Shown here one piece after another: positions 1 through 9,647 of a stretch of 64,000 bases of DNA. Origin of the DNA: Pseudomonadota bacterium (GTDB taxonomy: Bacteria; Pseudomonadota; Alphaproteobacteria; RF32; CAG-239). Under the pieces are notes generated by a model that ran no database searches, was not told where the DNA came from, and saw only the letters and a program-made list of their open reading frames with translations. The stretch's first letter is position 1; each line of letters opens with the position of its first letter. A program made the translations under genes and the position numbers. The stretch spans positions 103,038 through 167,037 of the forward strand of contig CAKJXZ020000003.1 of the NCBI GenBank assembly GCA_918234285.1, read 5' to 3'.

Positions 1-1122
1 CAAGCCCAAAGCGATAATCAGCGAAAAGCAAATCAACCCCGACCAAAATCCCGTACGCACCAATGACATCGCCACCAACATCGGCGTAAATGTACCCATA
101 GTCGGAATGCCCACCACATTACGCAACAGCACCACCAACAAAATGCCGAGTGGGAAAATCATCAGCCATTTCAAAGTATTTTGTTCCAAATTAGGCAAAT
201 TATAAATCGTATAATCAAACATTTTACTGTTTTCGTATTTGGCACGTTTTCCCGCCATTTTGAACGATGAAACCGCCGCTTGAATTACCGAGAATTTTAT
301 TTCCGATTTACGCCCACCGACCACATCAAACAGCGATACACCGCCGCGTTGGAACACCACAAAATTTTTCGGCAGACCGGATACGCCGGTTTCGATATTA
401 TACATCATCCATTTGCTGTTTTCATAAACCTCGAGCATTAAATCGGCCGGTGCTTCTCGCCGTTTTTCCGAAATCTTTACTCCGCGCACAATCCGTGCCG
501 CAACATTTTTGAACGAAAGCAACTCAATGATTTTCTCGGCCATAATGCGTTGCGATTTTTTTACCGGCAAAAAAGCATCAACTTCCGGCTCCAAAATTTC
601 ATCATTGAGCAGTTGAATGATTTTCGAGGCATCGGAACCTTCTTTTTTGCTGTCGGCAAGCGCCCAAATTTCTTCCACCATAGCCTGTTGCTGCTCGCTT
701 GCAAACACCGGCTTTTTCACTTTCGGCTGATTATAATCGCGAATTTTACCGATAACATCTTCATTATCATACAGCATAATGCGATAATAGATATCCTGCT
801 TATTTTTTTTCGGGCCGGATTTCATAATCATCCGATGATTTTTTTCGTCTTTTTCCACGGTATAGCCTTTGGCAACAACATCTTCGCTCAAAATCTTATA
901 TTCTGCGCCCAGACGCGGCGTAGACAGAGACACCTCAATCGGCTCACCGGTCGGTATAAAAGAGATATGCGCGTCAACCGTCCAAATTTCCGTACCTTCA
1001 CGTGGCTTAAAACTGAATCCCCAATGGGCAATTTTATAATAAGTGGCAAAACCGGCAAATGCTACTGCCAAAACCAAACATATTGCCAAAACACCCCGTA
1101 CCGAAAAAATTTTTTTCTTCAT
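1..1122 (-). CDS. Inactive transglutaminase / 7TM (UUP1-family) membrane protein of a RimK-like ATP-grasp operon, 3' truncated by window edge
   Basis: ATG at 1122 (MKKKIFSVRGVLAICLVL...WTVDAHISF); the same frame reads LLRNVVGIPTMGTFTPMLVAMSL at the window edge; follows two RimK-associated proteases; not in ORF track because it runs off the window. Confidence 0.8.
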   Translation of the reverse strand, partial: MKKKIFSVRGVLAICLVLAVAFAGFATYYKIAHWGFSFKPREGTEIWTVDAHISFIPTGEPIEVSLSTPRLGAEYKILSEDVVAKGYTVEKDEKNHRMIMKSGPKKNKQDIYYRIMLYDNEDVIGKIRDYNQPKVKKPVFASEQQQAMVEEIWALADSKKEGSDASKIIQLLNDEILEPEVDAFLPVKKSQRIMAEKIIELLSFKNVAARIVRGVKISEKRREAPADLMLEVYENSKWMMYNIETGVSGLPKNFVVFQRGGVSLFDVVGGRKSEIKFSVIQAAVSSFKMAGKRAKYENSKMFDYTIYNLPNLEQNTLKWLMIFPLGILLVVLLRNVVGIPTMGTFTPMLVAMSLVRTGFWSGLICFSLIIALGL

Positions 1123-1144
1123 TTTCAAAGTCCTTGTAACAAAA

Positions 1145-1648
1145 TTATCCCAACATATTTCTGACCGACACGTCAACTACGGCTCGGTCCTCCAAAATAT
1201 TGCGTCCCAACAGCATCTGATACTGAAATTTACTGCGGTCAGCCAATGTAAATTCGGCTTTAAATTTTTCACCGCCCAGTTTCACATCCATTTCCACCAC
1301 CGGTCGCACTTCATCTTTCAGCGCACGCGTAATCGTCGTACTTCTGATAATCGCTTTTTTAAAAGTATGTTTTTCTTGCGTTTCACGATTGATTACCACA
1401 AAAGAAACCTGTTTTTCTTTCTCGGAAAATTTAATATCAGCCGCATCCAAAGAACAAACTTTTGCCCCTGTGTCAACGCGCGCCAAAAATGCTGATTTCA
1501 GCGGCGGTAAATAAATATATTCCAACTCGCCAAGCACCATTTTCTCAGTATTGTCGCGCATTTTTTTACCGGCCTCGGCGGATGTCGTTTTTTTGAAAAG
1601 ACTTTTTAAAGTTGACAGTATATTGAATGATACTCGCGTTTCGGCCAT
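1145..1648 (-). CDS. RimK-associated retropepsin-like (ATP-dependent Zn protease family) protease
   Basis: ARVDTGA and LLGRNIL motifs. Confidence 0.85.
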   Translation of the reverse strand: MAETRVSFNILSTLKSLFKKTTSAEAGKKMRDNTEKMVLGELEYIYLPPLKSAFLARVDTGAKVCSLDAADIKFSEKEKQVSFVVINRETQEKHTFKKAIIRSTTITRALKDEVRPVVEMDVKLGGEKFKAEFTLADRSKFQYQMLLGRNILEDRAVVDVSVRNMLG

Positions 1649-1658
1649 GGCTTTTCTT

Positions 1659-2195
1659 TTATTTCAGAGTATTTGAAACAGAAACGTCGACAATGGCACG
1701 TCCGCTCAAAATATTGCGTCCGATCAATCCCTGATATTCAAAATCGTGCCGTTCGTTAAGCGTAAACTCGGCCGAAAACGTTTCCTTTCCCATTCTGACA
1801 TCCATATTTACCGTAACGCGATGTTCTTCTTCGCCGGTACGTTTAATTTTAACCCGACGCGACAGCGGTTTTTCAAAATCGGCCTTTTCTTTGGTTTCGC
1901 GGTTCACGAGAGTAAACGAAACCCATCTTTGCCCGTCACGTTCAAAGCGTTTTATATTATCCGCATCAATCGATGAGGTAGTGGCACCGGTATCAACACG
2001 CGCCATAAACGGTGACTTCATCGGCAAAAAATAAATACGTTCAACCGCGCCTATTACATTATTCGGCAGAACTTTCACCACCTTCTCCGGTTGCGCCGTA
2101 GTCGGCACAATCCCCGGAACCACCGCTTCTTCTTTTTTCGCGGCGCATGCCGTCAGCAACATCAAACAACATAAACCACTTAAAATTATTCGCAT
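1659..2195 (-). CDS. RimK-associated retropepsin-like protease, lipoprotein
   Basis: ARVDTGATTSS and LIGRNIL motifs; start MRIIL with lipobox LLTAC; paralog of neighbour. Confidence 0.85.
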   Translation of the reverse strand: MRIILSGLCCLMLLTACAAKKEEAVVPGIVPTTAQPEKVVKVLPNNVIGAVERIYFLPMKSPFMARVDTGATTSSIDADNIKRFERDGQRWVSFTLVNRETKEKADFEKPLSRRVKIKRTGEEEHRVTVNMDVRMGKETFSAEFTLNERHDFEYQGLIGRNILSGRAIVDVSVSNTLK

Positions 2196-2329
2196 TTTTA
2201 CCTCGATATTCTTTGATTTTTTATGATAATCATCCTTTTTTCGCCCAATGTAAAACAAAAAAATCAAAAAATACCGACTTATACACATAAGTCGGTTGAT
2301 AAGATAAAGGGTTTTTCAGAATGCGCAAA

Positions 2330-2509
2330 TAAAGAAAAGTGTTGTTAAAACAACTGAACGTCATTCTAAGGCATAGCCGAAGAATCCAATCGTTTTGCAA
2401 GAAACGATGTGATGTGTCGCATCACTGGATACTTTCACTTCACTGACGTCCTGTATCAGTATGATGATAAAACAATGTGTTATACAACACAAAAAACAAC
2501 ACTTTTTTA
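2330..2509. repeat. Intergenic palindromic (REP/RPE-like) element
   Basis: Outer inverted repeat aaaagtgttgtt / aacaacactttt enclosing gtcattctaaggcatagccgaagaatcc ... ggatactttcacttcact...cagtatgatg plus internal hairpins. Confidence 0.55.
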
Positions 2510-2519
2510 CTTAAGCCTT

Positions 2520-3662
2520 TCAGAAAAACAAACTTAACCTGAGTGATGTAACCGTAGCGTAATCCGATTTGGTATTAAGCGTAGGATGAATATAAAATTG
2601 AATATCCGGTGTTATCGTCGCCCATTTTGATATACCCCATGCCCAATAAGCTTCCAAAACGTGCTCACCACTTTCTTCAAGCGGAGCTCCCACCGCCGTC
2701 GCGTCAATGTCATTATATGCATACGCCGCACCTATTTGATCAAGTGCATTACGATTAAGCGGATTATTATAAACCATTCCTCCCACATACGAATTTTTAA
2801 TGGTGGCGACATTACCGCTCACTCCGTTTATGCGCCCGAACAACGCCCATTTTTCGCCGATGTTTTGTTGCATATTCAAAGACCAACCGGTGGTAGACTG
2901 CGGTTGCTCACGCACATATGGCTGATTATAAATCATTATAGAATATTGCCCGTCACCCCAACCGTTGATATGCGGATTATAGCCGATTTGCCCGAAGGTA
3001 GTATAATGTCCGTCGTGCAGACGATTAAAGCGCACACTTACCGCCGAAACATTGCTGGCATCCTGGGCACCGGCAACAAACAACCAATTTCCGTACGTTG
3101 CCTGCATATAAGCACCGACACCGGCGTCGGTATAAGTGGCACTGCCGTTTTGCGCCAGCGAATAATTAATGAAATTAACTTGCGGATTATTGTCATAATC
3201 GGTACCGTCAAAAGCGTACAAAGTATATTGTCCCAACCCCAAAGTCAGCCAATTATATTGCCGCGGCAACTGATATGTATAATACAGCGTTGAAAATTCC
3301 TGCTCCTCGTCATCGGCATCGTTAATCGGAGTTGCCACACCGATACGATTTTCGATATCATTGGCATCATGGCGACCGTAGAATACGCTGGTATAAGATG
3401 CATTCAAAATACCGGTACCGTAATTATTATCAAAAGTAGTCCAAGCAATACTCGGAGCCAAATACGATTGCACCGCATTATAATGCCCGCTCGGAGCACC
3501 GCGTTGCGGCATAAGCGAATAATTGAGATTATATTGCAAGCCGTATTCTTTTTGCAGATAATTTTTGAAGGCGGTATAATCGGCACTCAAACCCCCGGCC
3601 TCGGCAACCGACATTACTCCGAGAGCTCCGCACAACGTCCCGATAAACAAACTTTTTGACAT
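2520..3662 (-). CDS. OprB-like carbohydrate porin
   Basis: Signal peptide, EAYWAW...ITPDIQFYIHP, terminal Phe; RBS aaggag before MSKSLF. Confidence 0.75.
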   Translation of the reverse strand: MSKSLFIGTLCGALGVMSVAEAGGLSADYTAFKNYLQKEYGLQYNLNYSLMPQRGAPSGHYNAVQSYLAPSIAWTTFDNNYGTGILNASYTSVFYGRHDANDIENRIGVATPINDADDEEQEFSTLYYTYQLPRQYNWLTLGLGQYTLYAFDGTDYDNNPQVNFINYSLAQNGSATYTDAGVGAYMQATYGNWLFVAGAQDASNVSAVSVRFNRLHDGHYTTFGQIGYNPHINGWGDGQYSIMIYNQPYVREQPQSTTGWSLNMQQNIGEKWALFGRINGVSGNVATIKNSYVGGMVYNNPLNRNALDQIGAAYAYNDIDATAVGAPLEESGEHVLEAYWAWGISKWATITPDIQFYIHPTLNTKSDYATVTSLRLSLFF

Positions 3663-3750
3663 TTTATATCTCCTTAATGCTATAAACACTCGGGAGATAT
3701 ATGCCTTATTTTGATAAAAAAAAGAGGCCGCAGCCTCTTAATTTGAAATT

Positions 3751-4173
3751 TTATTTTCGCAACGCCTTGACATAGGCCTGCATGGAATGTTCATCGCAAT
3801 AAGTTTGTCCGCTCCGCACTTTTTTACCGCAAAAGCAGAAATCATCATCACGCGGATCGCCAATCGGCCATCTGCAAGTATGACTATCCAAATCTACCAA
3901 CTTTATATTGGTCAGTTCTTCGTTTTTGCGCGGTTCAACAACTTCTTCCACCGATTTTTCTTCTATTTTTTCGATTAAATCAGGTTGCAGAGGCAATTCA
4001 TCGGCTGCGTCTTTGCTCTTAATCGGTGAAGGTCTGGCCGTCAAGCACAAACGATGTACCTTGCCGACAATGGCATTTTTGGTAACACCCAATTTCTTGG
4101 CAATTTCATTTGCCGTCAAACCCTGCGCCCACAACTGACGCAATTTTTCCACGCTTTCGTCTGTCCATCCCAT
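3751..4173 (-). CDS. gcrA: Cell cycle regulator GcrA
   Basis: WTDE..E.L..LW..G, TKNAIVGKVHRL, CRWPIGDP...FCFCG...YC.EH. Confidence 0.95.
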   Translation of the reverse strand: MGWTDESVEKLRQLWAQGLTANEIAKKLGVTKNAIVGKVHRLCLTARPSPIKSKDAADELPLQPDLIEKIEEKSVEEVVEPRKNEELTNIKLVDLDSHTCRWPIGDPRDDDFCFCGKKVRSGQTYCDEHSMQAYVKALRK

Positions 4174-4298
4174 AATAAAAACTCCCCAAAATATTTAACG
4201 TTGTTATAGCTGATTATTTTGCCGCTGTCCAGACTAAATTTTATTCTTTATTAATTTTTTTTAAATATAATTGCATCGACTGTTTTGAGGAGTGCAAA

Positions 4299-5543
4299 AT
4301 GAAAATATTTTACTTTATTCTGGCGTTGCTCATTTGCGCACCGGCGTACGCGCAATACAAAGAATACAATCATTTGTACGAATATAATTTGGATGAAGAA
4401 ATTCCGCCGCTGTATCGTTTGGAACGGGAATATAAAAAATCTCATTCCAAATACCGTTGGAATTACGACTTCCGCTGGAATATGTCCAGTCTTTTCAATT
4501 CGGAATTCAAACAAAATATTACCTCTTTCGGCACCAACGAAAAACGCCTATCCAATGCCGATGAAGATGCCATTTTGCGCCAACTCAAAAAAATACCGAA
4601 ACCGTTTTATCAATATATCGGACCACTTATTCATACCATGCGCGGTCTTTCCGGCAAGGTACTCGATTTACCGGGGATTAAGGAAACAAAGCATCAGTTT
4701 CCGACACACATCGCTTCGCGTTTCAAAGACGTTCCGTATATTGAGCTGACCTCGCCGCATTTATATATGTATCTCAATCCGGTTTTGTGGGGAGAAGACA
4801 TGGCTTCGATTGAAACGCCGCAAATAGCCAAACAACCGCGCAAAAAACGTCCGCGCGTACGCATTAATCCTGAATTTATGCAAAAAATCAAGGCCAAAGT
4901 GCAGGCCGTTAATTATACTCGCAGAGGCCGCGCCAAAACTGCCGAGCTTGATTTAAGGCATTTCAATCCCGATCGTAACACCCCTCTGTCTAAGGCCGAT
5001 GTGCGCGCTTTTGCTCGCACTCTTGACGGATTGGATAACTTCCGCAAAGAAGGTCAACACGAAAGAACTTTAATTATGGTCGAAAGTCTAATGAATTATT
5101 GGGATGTCAAAAACGGAATCCCGGAAGAAAGTTTGTTGTTCCGACAAATAGTGAATCCTTGCCAGAATTTTGTGCGTAAAATTCAATGGAGCGGCCTGCA
5201 AAGCGAATTCCAAACCGTTATCGGTCAACAAGGGTTTGGCCTGAAAGATTGGGCTTATACCTGTGATAAGGTTGTTAAAGCATGGCGCGTACACAACGCC
5301 CCGTCTGGTATGATTTGGGCAGCAAAACAACAAAAAAAGGGTGCGGTTTATCCGCTGTTTGAGCCGTTTTTGGTCACACAGCAGGAAAAAACACAAATGC
5401 ATTATATTTTAGATTCTTTGGCACGAATGTATACCACCAGAGCAGAAGATATAGATGCCGTAAAGCCTTATAACACCAACCTGAAATACCAGTTTATAAA
5501 AATGGGTCGACAACTCGCCGGCACCCCGATTATCCGCCAATAG
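4299..5543 (+). CDS. Hypothetical secreted protein
   Basis: 414 aa ORF, RBS gaggag, signal peptide ending AYA. Confidence 0.75.
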   Translation: MKIFYFILALLICAPAYAQYKEYNHLYEYNLDEEIPPLYRLEREYKKSHSKYRWNYDFRWNMSSLFNSEFKQNITSFGTNEKRLSNADEDAILRQLKKIPKPFYQYIGPLIHTMRGLSGKVLDLPGIKETKHQFPTHIASRFKDVPYIELTSPHLYMYLNPVLWGEDMASIETPQIAKQPRKKRPRVRINPEFMQKIKAKVQAVNYTRRGRAKTAELDLRHFNPDRNTPLSKADVRAFARTLDGLDNFRKEGQHERTLIMVESLMNYWDVKNGIPEESLLFRQIVNPCQNFVRKIQWSGLQSEFQTVIGQQGFGLKDWAYTCDKVVKAWRVHNAPSGMIWAAKQQKKGAVYPLFEPFLVTQQEKTQMHYILDSLARMYTTRAEDIDAVKPYNTNLKYQFIKMGRQLAGTPIIRQ

Positions 5544-5561
5544 AAAAAGCATAAAATAATA

Positions 5562-5796
5562 GCAGCTAAAAATCCGGAGAATGCGGTACGTGGCACGATA
5601 CACAATCAATATTGCAGCTAAAAATCCGGAGAATGAGCCAGATACGAAGAAGGATTTTTTCGCCGTGTACAATAAATTATACGGCAAATAAAAACTCGAA
5701 GAATTAGGTTAATACGAAGGGGATTTTTTTCGACGTGTACACAAACAGTACACGAGAAAAAAATCCCCAAGTAGTAACCAATTATACGAGTTTTTA
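5562..5796. repeat. Palindromic element family copy A (full 5689-5796, two partial copies to its left)
   Basis: TAAAAACTCG...CGAGTTTTTA termini, GTGTAC/GTACAC apex, overlaps fabG stop codon. Confidence 0.85.
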
Positions 5797-6531
5797 AATC
5801 ATGGCCATACCGCCGTTAACATGAATAGTCTGTCCCGTAATGTATTGTGCTTCATCGGATGCGAGGAAGGCTACGACGTTGGCGATGTCTTGAGCTTCGC
5901 CGAGTTTACCTTCCGGAATTTTCGCCAGCAGAGCAGCTTTAACATCATCGGTCAGAACATCGGTCATCGGAGTACGGATGAAACCAGGAGCGATGGAGTT
6001 AACGGTAACACCGCGTGAGCCAACTTCTTGCGCCAGACATTTATTCATGGCAATCATACCGGCCTTTGAGGCAGAATAGTTGGCCTGACCGGCATTACCC
6101 ATCACACCCACGACAGAAGCCATACCGATGATGCGGCCATAACGACGCTTCATCATACCGCGAACCACGGCACGCGCCAGTTTGAACCCGGCAGAAAGGT
6201 TAACATCCATAACGAGTTGCCATTCTTCGTCGCTCATACGAATAAAGAGGTTATCGCGAGTTAAACCGGCATTGTTGACCAGAATATCGATTTTGCCGAA
6301 TTTCTCTTCCACATCGTTCACCAAAGTTTTAATTGCTTCGGTATCGCCCAAATTGGCAACAAAATATTCGACATGATCACCGAGTTCGGCCTTCAGAGCC
6401 TTTAAACCTTCTTCGTTTCTGTCGGTCAAGGCCAAATAAGCTCCCTGTTCATATAAAGTATGTGCGATTTTGCGACCGATACCGCCGGCGGCACCGGTAA
6501 TCAAAGCAACTTTTTCATCTAATCTAAACAT
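5794..6531 (-). CDS. fabG: 3-oxoacyl-ACP reductase
   Basis: TGAAGGIG, NNAGLTRD, YSASKAG; adjacent to fabD. Confidence 0.95.
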   Translation of the reverse strand: MFRLDEKVALITGAAGGIGRKIAHTLYEQGAYLALTDRNEEGLKALKAELGDHVEYFVANLGDTEAIKTLVNDVEEKFGKIDILVNNAGLTRDNLFIRMSDEEWQLVMDVNLSAGFKLARAVVRGMMKRRYGRIIGMASVVGVMGNAGQANYSASKAGMIAMNKCLAQEVGSRGVTVNSIAPGFIRTPMTDVLTDDVKAALLAKIPEGKLGEAQDIANVVAFLASDEAQYITGQTIHVNGGMAMI

Positions 6532-6557
6532 ATTATTTTCCTTTCATGTTTAAGGTG

Positions 6558-7502
6558 TTATAAATTGTTTGCCAATTCCTCTATTTCGGCGATGGAACCT
6601 ACCGAAACCGCATTCATTTCCTTATTACTGCGTTTGGCAATTCCGGAGAGGACTTTTCCTGCTCCCAGTTCTATTAAATCAGTAACGCCGTTTTCTTTAA
6701 AAAACAGCATGGTTTCCCGCCATCTGACGGTGCCGGTAACCTGTTCTATCAAGTGTTTGATAATTTCTTTATGATCGGTAATCGGCTCGGCCAACACATT
6801 TGCCACCAACGGAATCTGGGCATTTTGCGCCGCTACTTCCATAAAAGCACGCGCCATAACATCGGCGGCCGGTGCCATAAACGGGCTGTGGAACGGCGCA
6901 CTCACCGCCAGTTTCACACATTTGCGCGCACCAAATTCCGCCGCAATTTCCACTGCGCGATCAATCGCGGCCATTGAGCCGGATAAAACTACCTGTCCGT
7001 CAGAATTATCATTGGCGGCCACACAAACATCCTTGCCGTTTGAACAAGCCTCGACCAAAGCGCCCACATCTTGGAACGAAAGTCCCAAAACCGCAGCCAT
7101 ACCGCCCACACCGAACGGCACTGCGCTTTGCATAGCTTCGCCGCGCAGACGCAACAATTTAGCCGTATCGCTCAAACTAAACACACCGGCGGCACAAGCG
7201 GCAGAATATTCTCCGAGCGAATGTCCGGCAACATAAGCGGCCTTATCTTTTAAGACAATACCGAAATCTTTTTCCAAAACCCGCACCACCGCAAGCGAAA
7301 ACGCCATCAGTGCCGGTTGCGTGTTGGCCGTCATGGTCAACTCGGCATCCGGACCTTCGGTCATAATCTTAAACAAATCTTGCGAAAGCGCATCATTAAC
7401 TTCATTAAACACATCACGAGCCGAAGCAAAATTTTCGGCCAATTCTTTTCCCATTCCCACAAATTGGGAGCCTTGTCCCGGAAATACAAAAGCGTACTTC
7501 AT
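6558..7502 (-). CDS. fabD: Malonyl-CoA:ACP transacylase
   Basis: FPGQGSQ, GHSLGEY, VSAPFHS. Confidence 0.97.
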   Translation of the reverse strand: MKYAFVFPGQGSQFVGMGKELAENFASARDVFNEVNDALSQDLFKIMTEGPDAELTMTANTQPALMAFSLAVVRVLEKDFGIVLKDKAAYVAGHSLGEYSAACAAGVFSLSDTAKLLRLRGEAMQSAVPFGVGGMAAVLGLSFQDVGALVEACSNGKDVCVAANDNSDGQVVLSGSMAAIDRAVEIAAEFGARKCVKLAVSAPFHSPFMAPAADVMARAFMEVAAQNAQIPLVANVLAEPITDHKEIIKHLIEQVTGTVRWRETMLFFKENGVTDLIELGAGKVLSGIAKRSNKEMNAVSVGSIAEIEELANNL

Positions 7503-7640
7503 TAAATTCCTTTCAATAAATATCTAGTGAATGTATATAACCGGTATTTTAAATGTCAAGCAAAACGCCTTTGATTTTAACAAAATACAAAAAAACCGGT
7601 GCAATATTTACACCGGTAATCTGGTATTGCCATAATCAGC

Positions 7641-8819
7641 TTAATCGCGTGTGCGAGATTTATCTTGCGGAACCTTATTATCCTTGCCGGTCCATTGAGC
7701 GATAGCATCGTCAATCGCTTCTTTCCACTGTGATCTCGGATTGTTTTTAACCATTTCGGCTTTTTTGACGGCATAATCCAATAACTTGGCATTGTTCGGA
7801 TTTTTTTCCAAAAGCTTAGAGAAAACTTCTTTGACGGTGTAACCGTTATTCCAATCTGCGGCCATATCGGCGCTGAAAGGATCGCGCAAAATTTGCATGG
7901 CGATTTCTTCATTATTCGGATTAGCCTCCAATATGGCGGAATATACGTCAACCTTAGCGCTGTTCCAAGCCCCGTAAGTCATTTGAATCAGGCGATCACA
8001 AACATCTTTTTTCTTCAAATCACAAGTGAGAGCCAACAGCTTACTACGGTAAGTATTGGTTGTGCTTTCATCTTCGAAGCTGGTATTTTCCGCATCCCTG
8101 CGAATTTTATCGAGAACTTCCGGCATATCTTGATTGGCTCGGGCAATACTGGTAAGAATGCCATGATGTCCTATCCACCATCTGACTTTGTTGGCTTGAG
8201 CAAACGCCATATCTATAACCTGTTGGTTGCCCGGATTGGCCTCGGTAATGACACTGGTCCACGTTGTGCGCACCGAATCCGATATATAATCAAAATTATG
8301 CATAATTTGGCAGGCACGGCTGGCAACCGCTTTATCATTTTTGCAATGCTTGATAATATCAAGTATGGCATCGTGGCCATCGGTAATATCTAAGTATTGC
8401 CAAGCTTTGGATTCTTTCTTATTCATTCCGTCCATGTTCGGAAATTCGCGACTATTGGCAGTCATGGCCACCATCATATCCATCATTGCATCCTTATCAT
8501 CGGGATTGTGAATCAATAAAACAGCCGCACGCAAACCGCGGTCACCTAAGCTGTTGGCGGCATTTACGCAAATATCGATGATACCCTTATCTTCCGGACA
8601 GGCTTTGGCAATCCCCGGTATAACATTTAACATGATACAACCGTCACCTTCTTGATTTGAGCGTGCGATACCGGCCCGCAACAAATCACGCGCGTAGATA
8701 CGTTTCTTTTCCTGCGGTGCTTCCTTTATGATATTCATCACAACTTTTTCGGCATTAACGTAGATATCCGGACTTCTTCTGCTTAATGCTTCTTCAAATT
8801 TATCTGCGGCTGCTCCCAT
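7641..8819 (-). CDS. Orphan helical-repeat (HEAT/ARM-like) protein
   Basis: 392 aa, RBS ggag, recurring (I/L)xxxNPxN/D helical units. Confidence 0.65.
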   Translation of the reverse strand: MGAAADKFEEALSRRSPDIYVNAEKVVMNIIKEAPQEKKRIYARDLLRAGIARSNQEGDGCIMLNVIPGIAKACPEDKGIIDICVNAANSLGDRGLRAAVLLIHNPDDKDAMMDMMVAMTANSREFPNMDGMNKKESKAWQYLDITDGHDAILDIIKHCKNDKAVASRACQIMHNFDYISDSVRTTWTSVITEANPGNQQVIDMAFAQANKVRWWIGHHGILTSIARANQDMPEVLDKIRRDAENTSFEDESTTNTYRSKLLALTCDLKKKDVCDRLIQMTYGAWNSAKVDVYSAILEANPNNEEIAMQILRDPFSADMAADWNNGYTVKEVFSKLLEKNPNNAKLLDYAVKKAEMVKNNPRSQWKEAIDDAIAQWTGKDNKVPQDKSRTRD

Positions 8820-8860
8820 TTTTGTTCTCCGATATAATTATGCGATTGAGTTCCTACGAA

Positions 8861-9496
8861 TTATTCTTTACCGGCGTCGGTCTTCTTTTTCAAATTTTTT
8901 ACCACAAAATCAAGTGTGGTCGGTTTGCGGCCGACCCTGCTCTTGCGATATTCGCCGATTTCCTTTTGTGTGGTTTTTTCAGCTTTTTTTCTGGCGCGAA
9001 GCTCGTCTATCTTATGTTGCTTCCATGCCTTATCTATGTCTTCTTCCTTATCTTCACGCAAAGACTGTTCAGCGGTCCTTTCATCATAGTGATATTGCGC
9101 ATTTTTTTCTAAATATTCTCTTGTTTGGTCAATAAATCTTTTTAATTGAGGGTATTTTTCTTCCAAACCGAAAAGACCGAATTCGCTTTCTACTGTATTT
9201 TGTAATTTGGTGTCTGAGCCATATAAATTACAAAACTTTTCACCTTCGGTACAAAGAACTTGGACTGTTTCAAAAGATTGTTCAATAATGCTGTAGTTGT
9301 TCGCATTATTACCCACAATTTGTTCAATCCAAAATATTTCATGAAATTTTTGGTTTCCGCTGGTAACTGCGGCCTTATCGCGTAGGACTTCCAAGGTACG
9401 CAGAATTTTTTCGGTGTCTTTACTTTCCGACAGTTTTTCCAATTCTTTATTTAATATTCCGTCTTCGTCTATAATGAATTTATTGCGTACGGTCAT
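8861..9496 (-). CDS. Orphan hypothetical protein
   Basis: 211 aa, RBS aaggag, promoter TTGACA-17-TAGAAT upstream. Confidence 0.7.
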   Translation of the reverse strand: MTVRNKFIIDEDGILNKELEKLSESKDTEKILRTLEVLRDKAAVTSGNQKFHEIFWIEQIVGNNANNYSIIEQSFETVQVLCTEGEKFCNLYGSDTKLQNTVESEFGLFGLEEKYPQLKRFIDQTREYLEKNAQYHYDERTAEQSLREDKEEDIDKAWKQHKIDELRARKKAEKTTQKEIGEYRKSRVGRKPTTLDFVVKNLKKKTDAGKE

Positions 9497-9647
9497 TTTG
9501 TACTCCTTGTTATAGTCGCTTATTGCCTTATTCTATGTCATCCGGTGTTTTTTGTCAAGTTATTTTTACACGGAAATACTCGGGCAAAACGGAAACTCTC
9601 GGTGTTTTGCGAGTCCGCCAATAGCAGATATAAAACAAAGCCGTAAA

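Noticed and set aside
267-1495. Plus-strand ORFs 267-512, 550-1164, 1043-1495
   Set aside because: Shadows of the minus-strand transglutaminase-7TM and protease genes.
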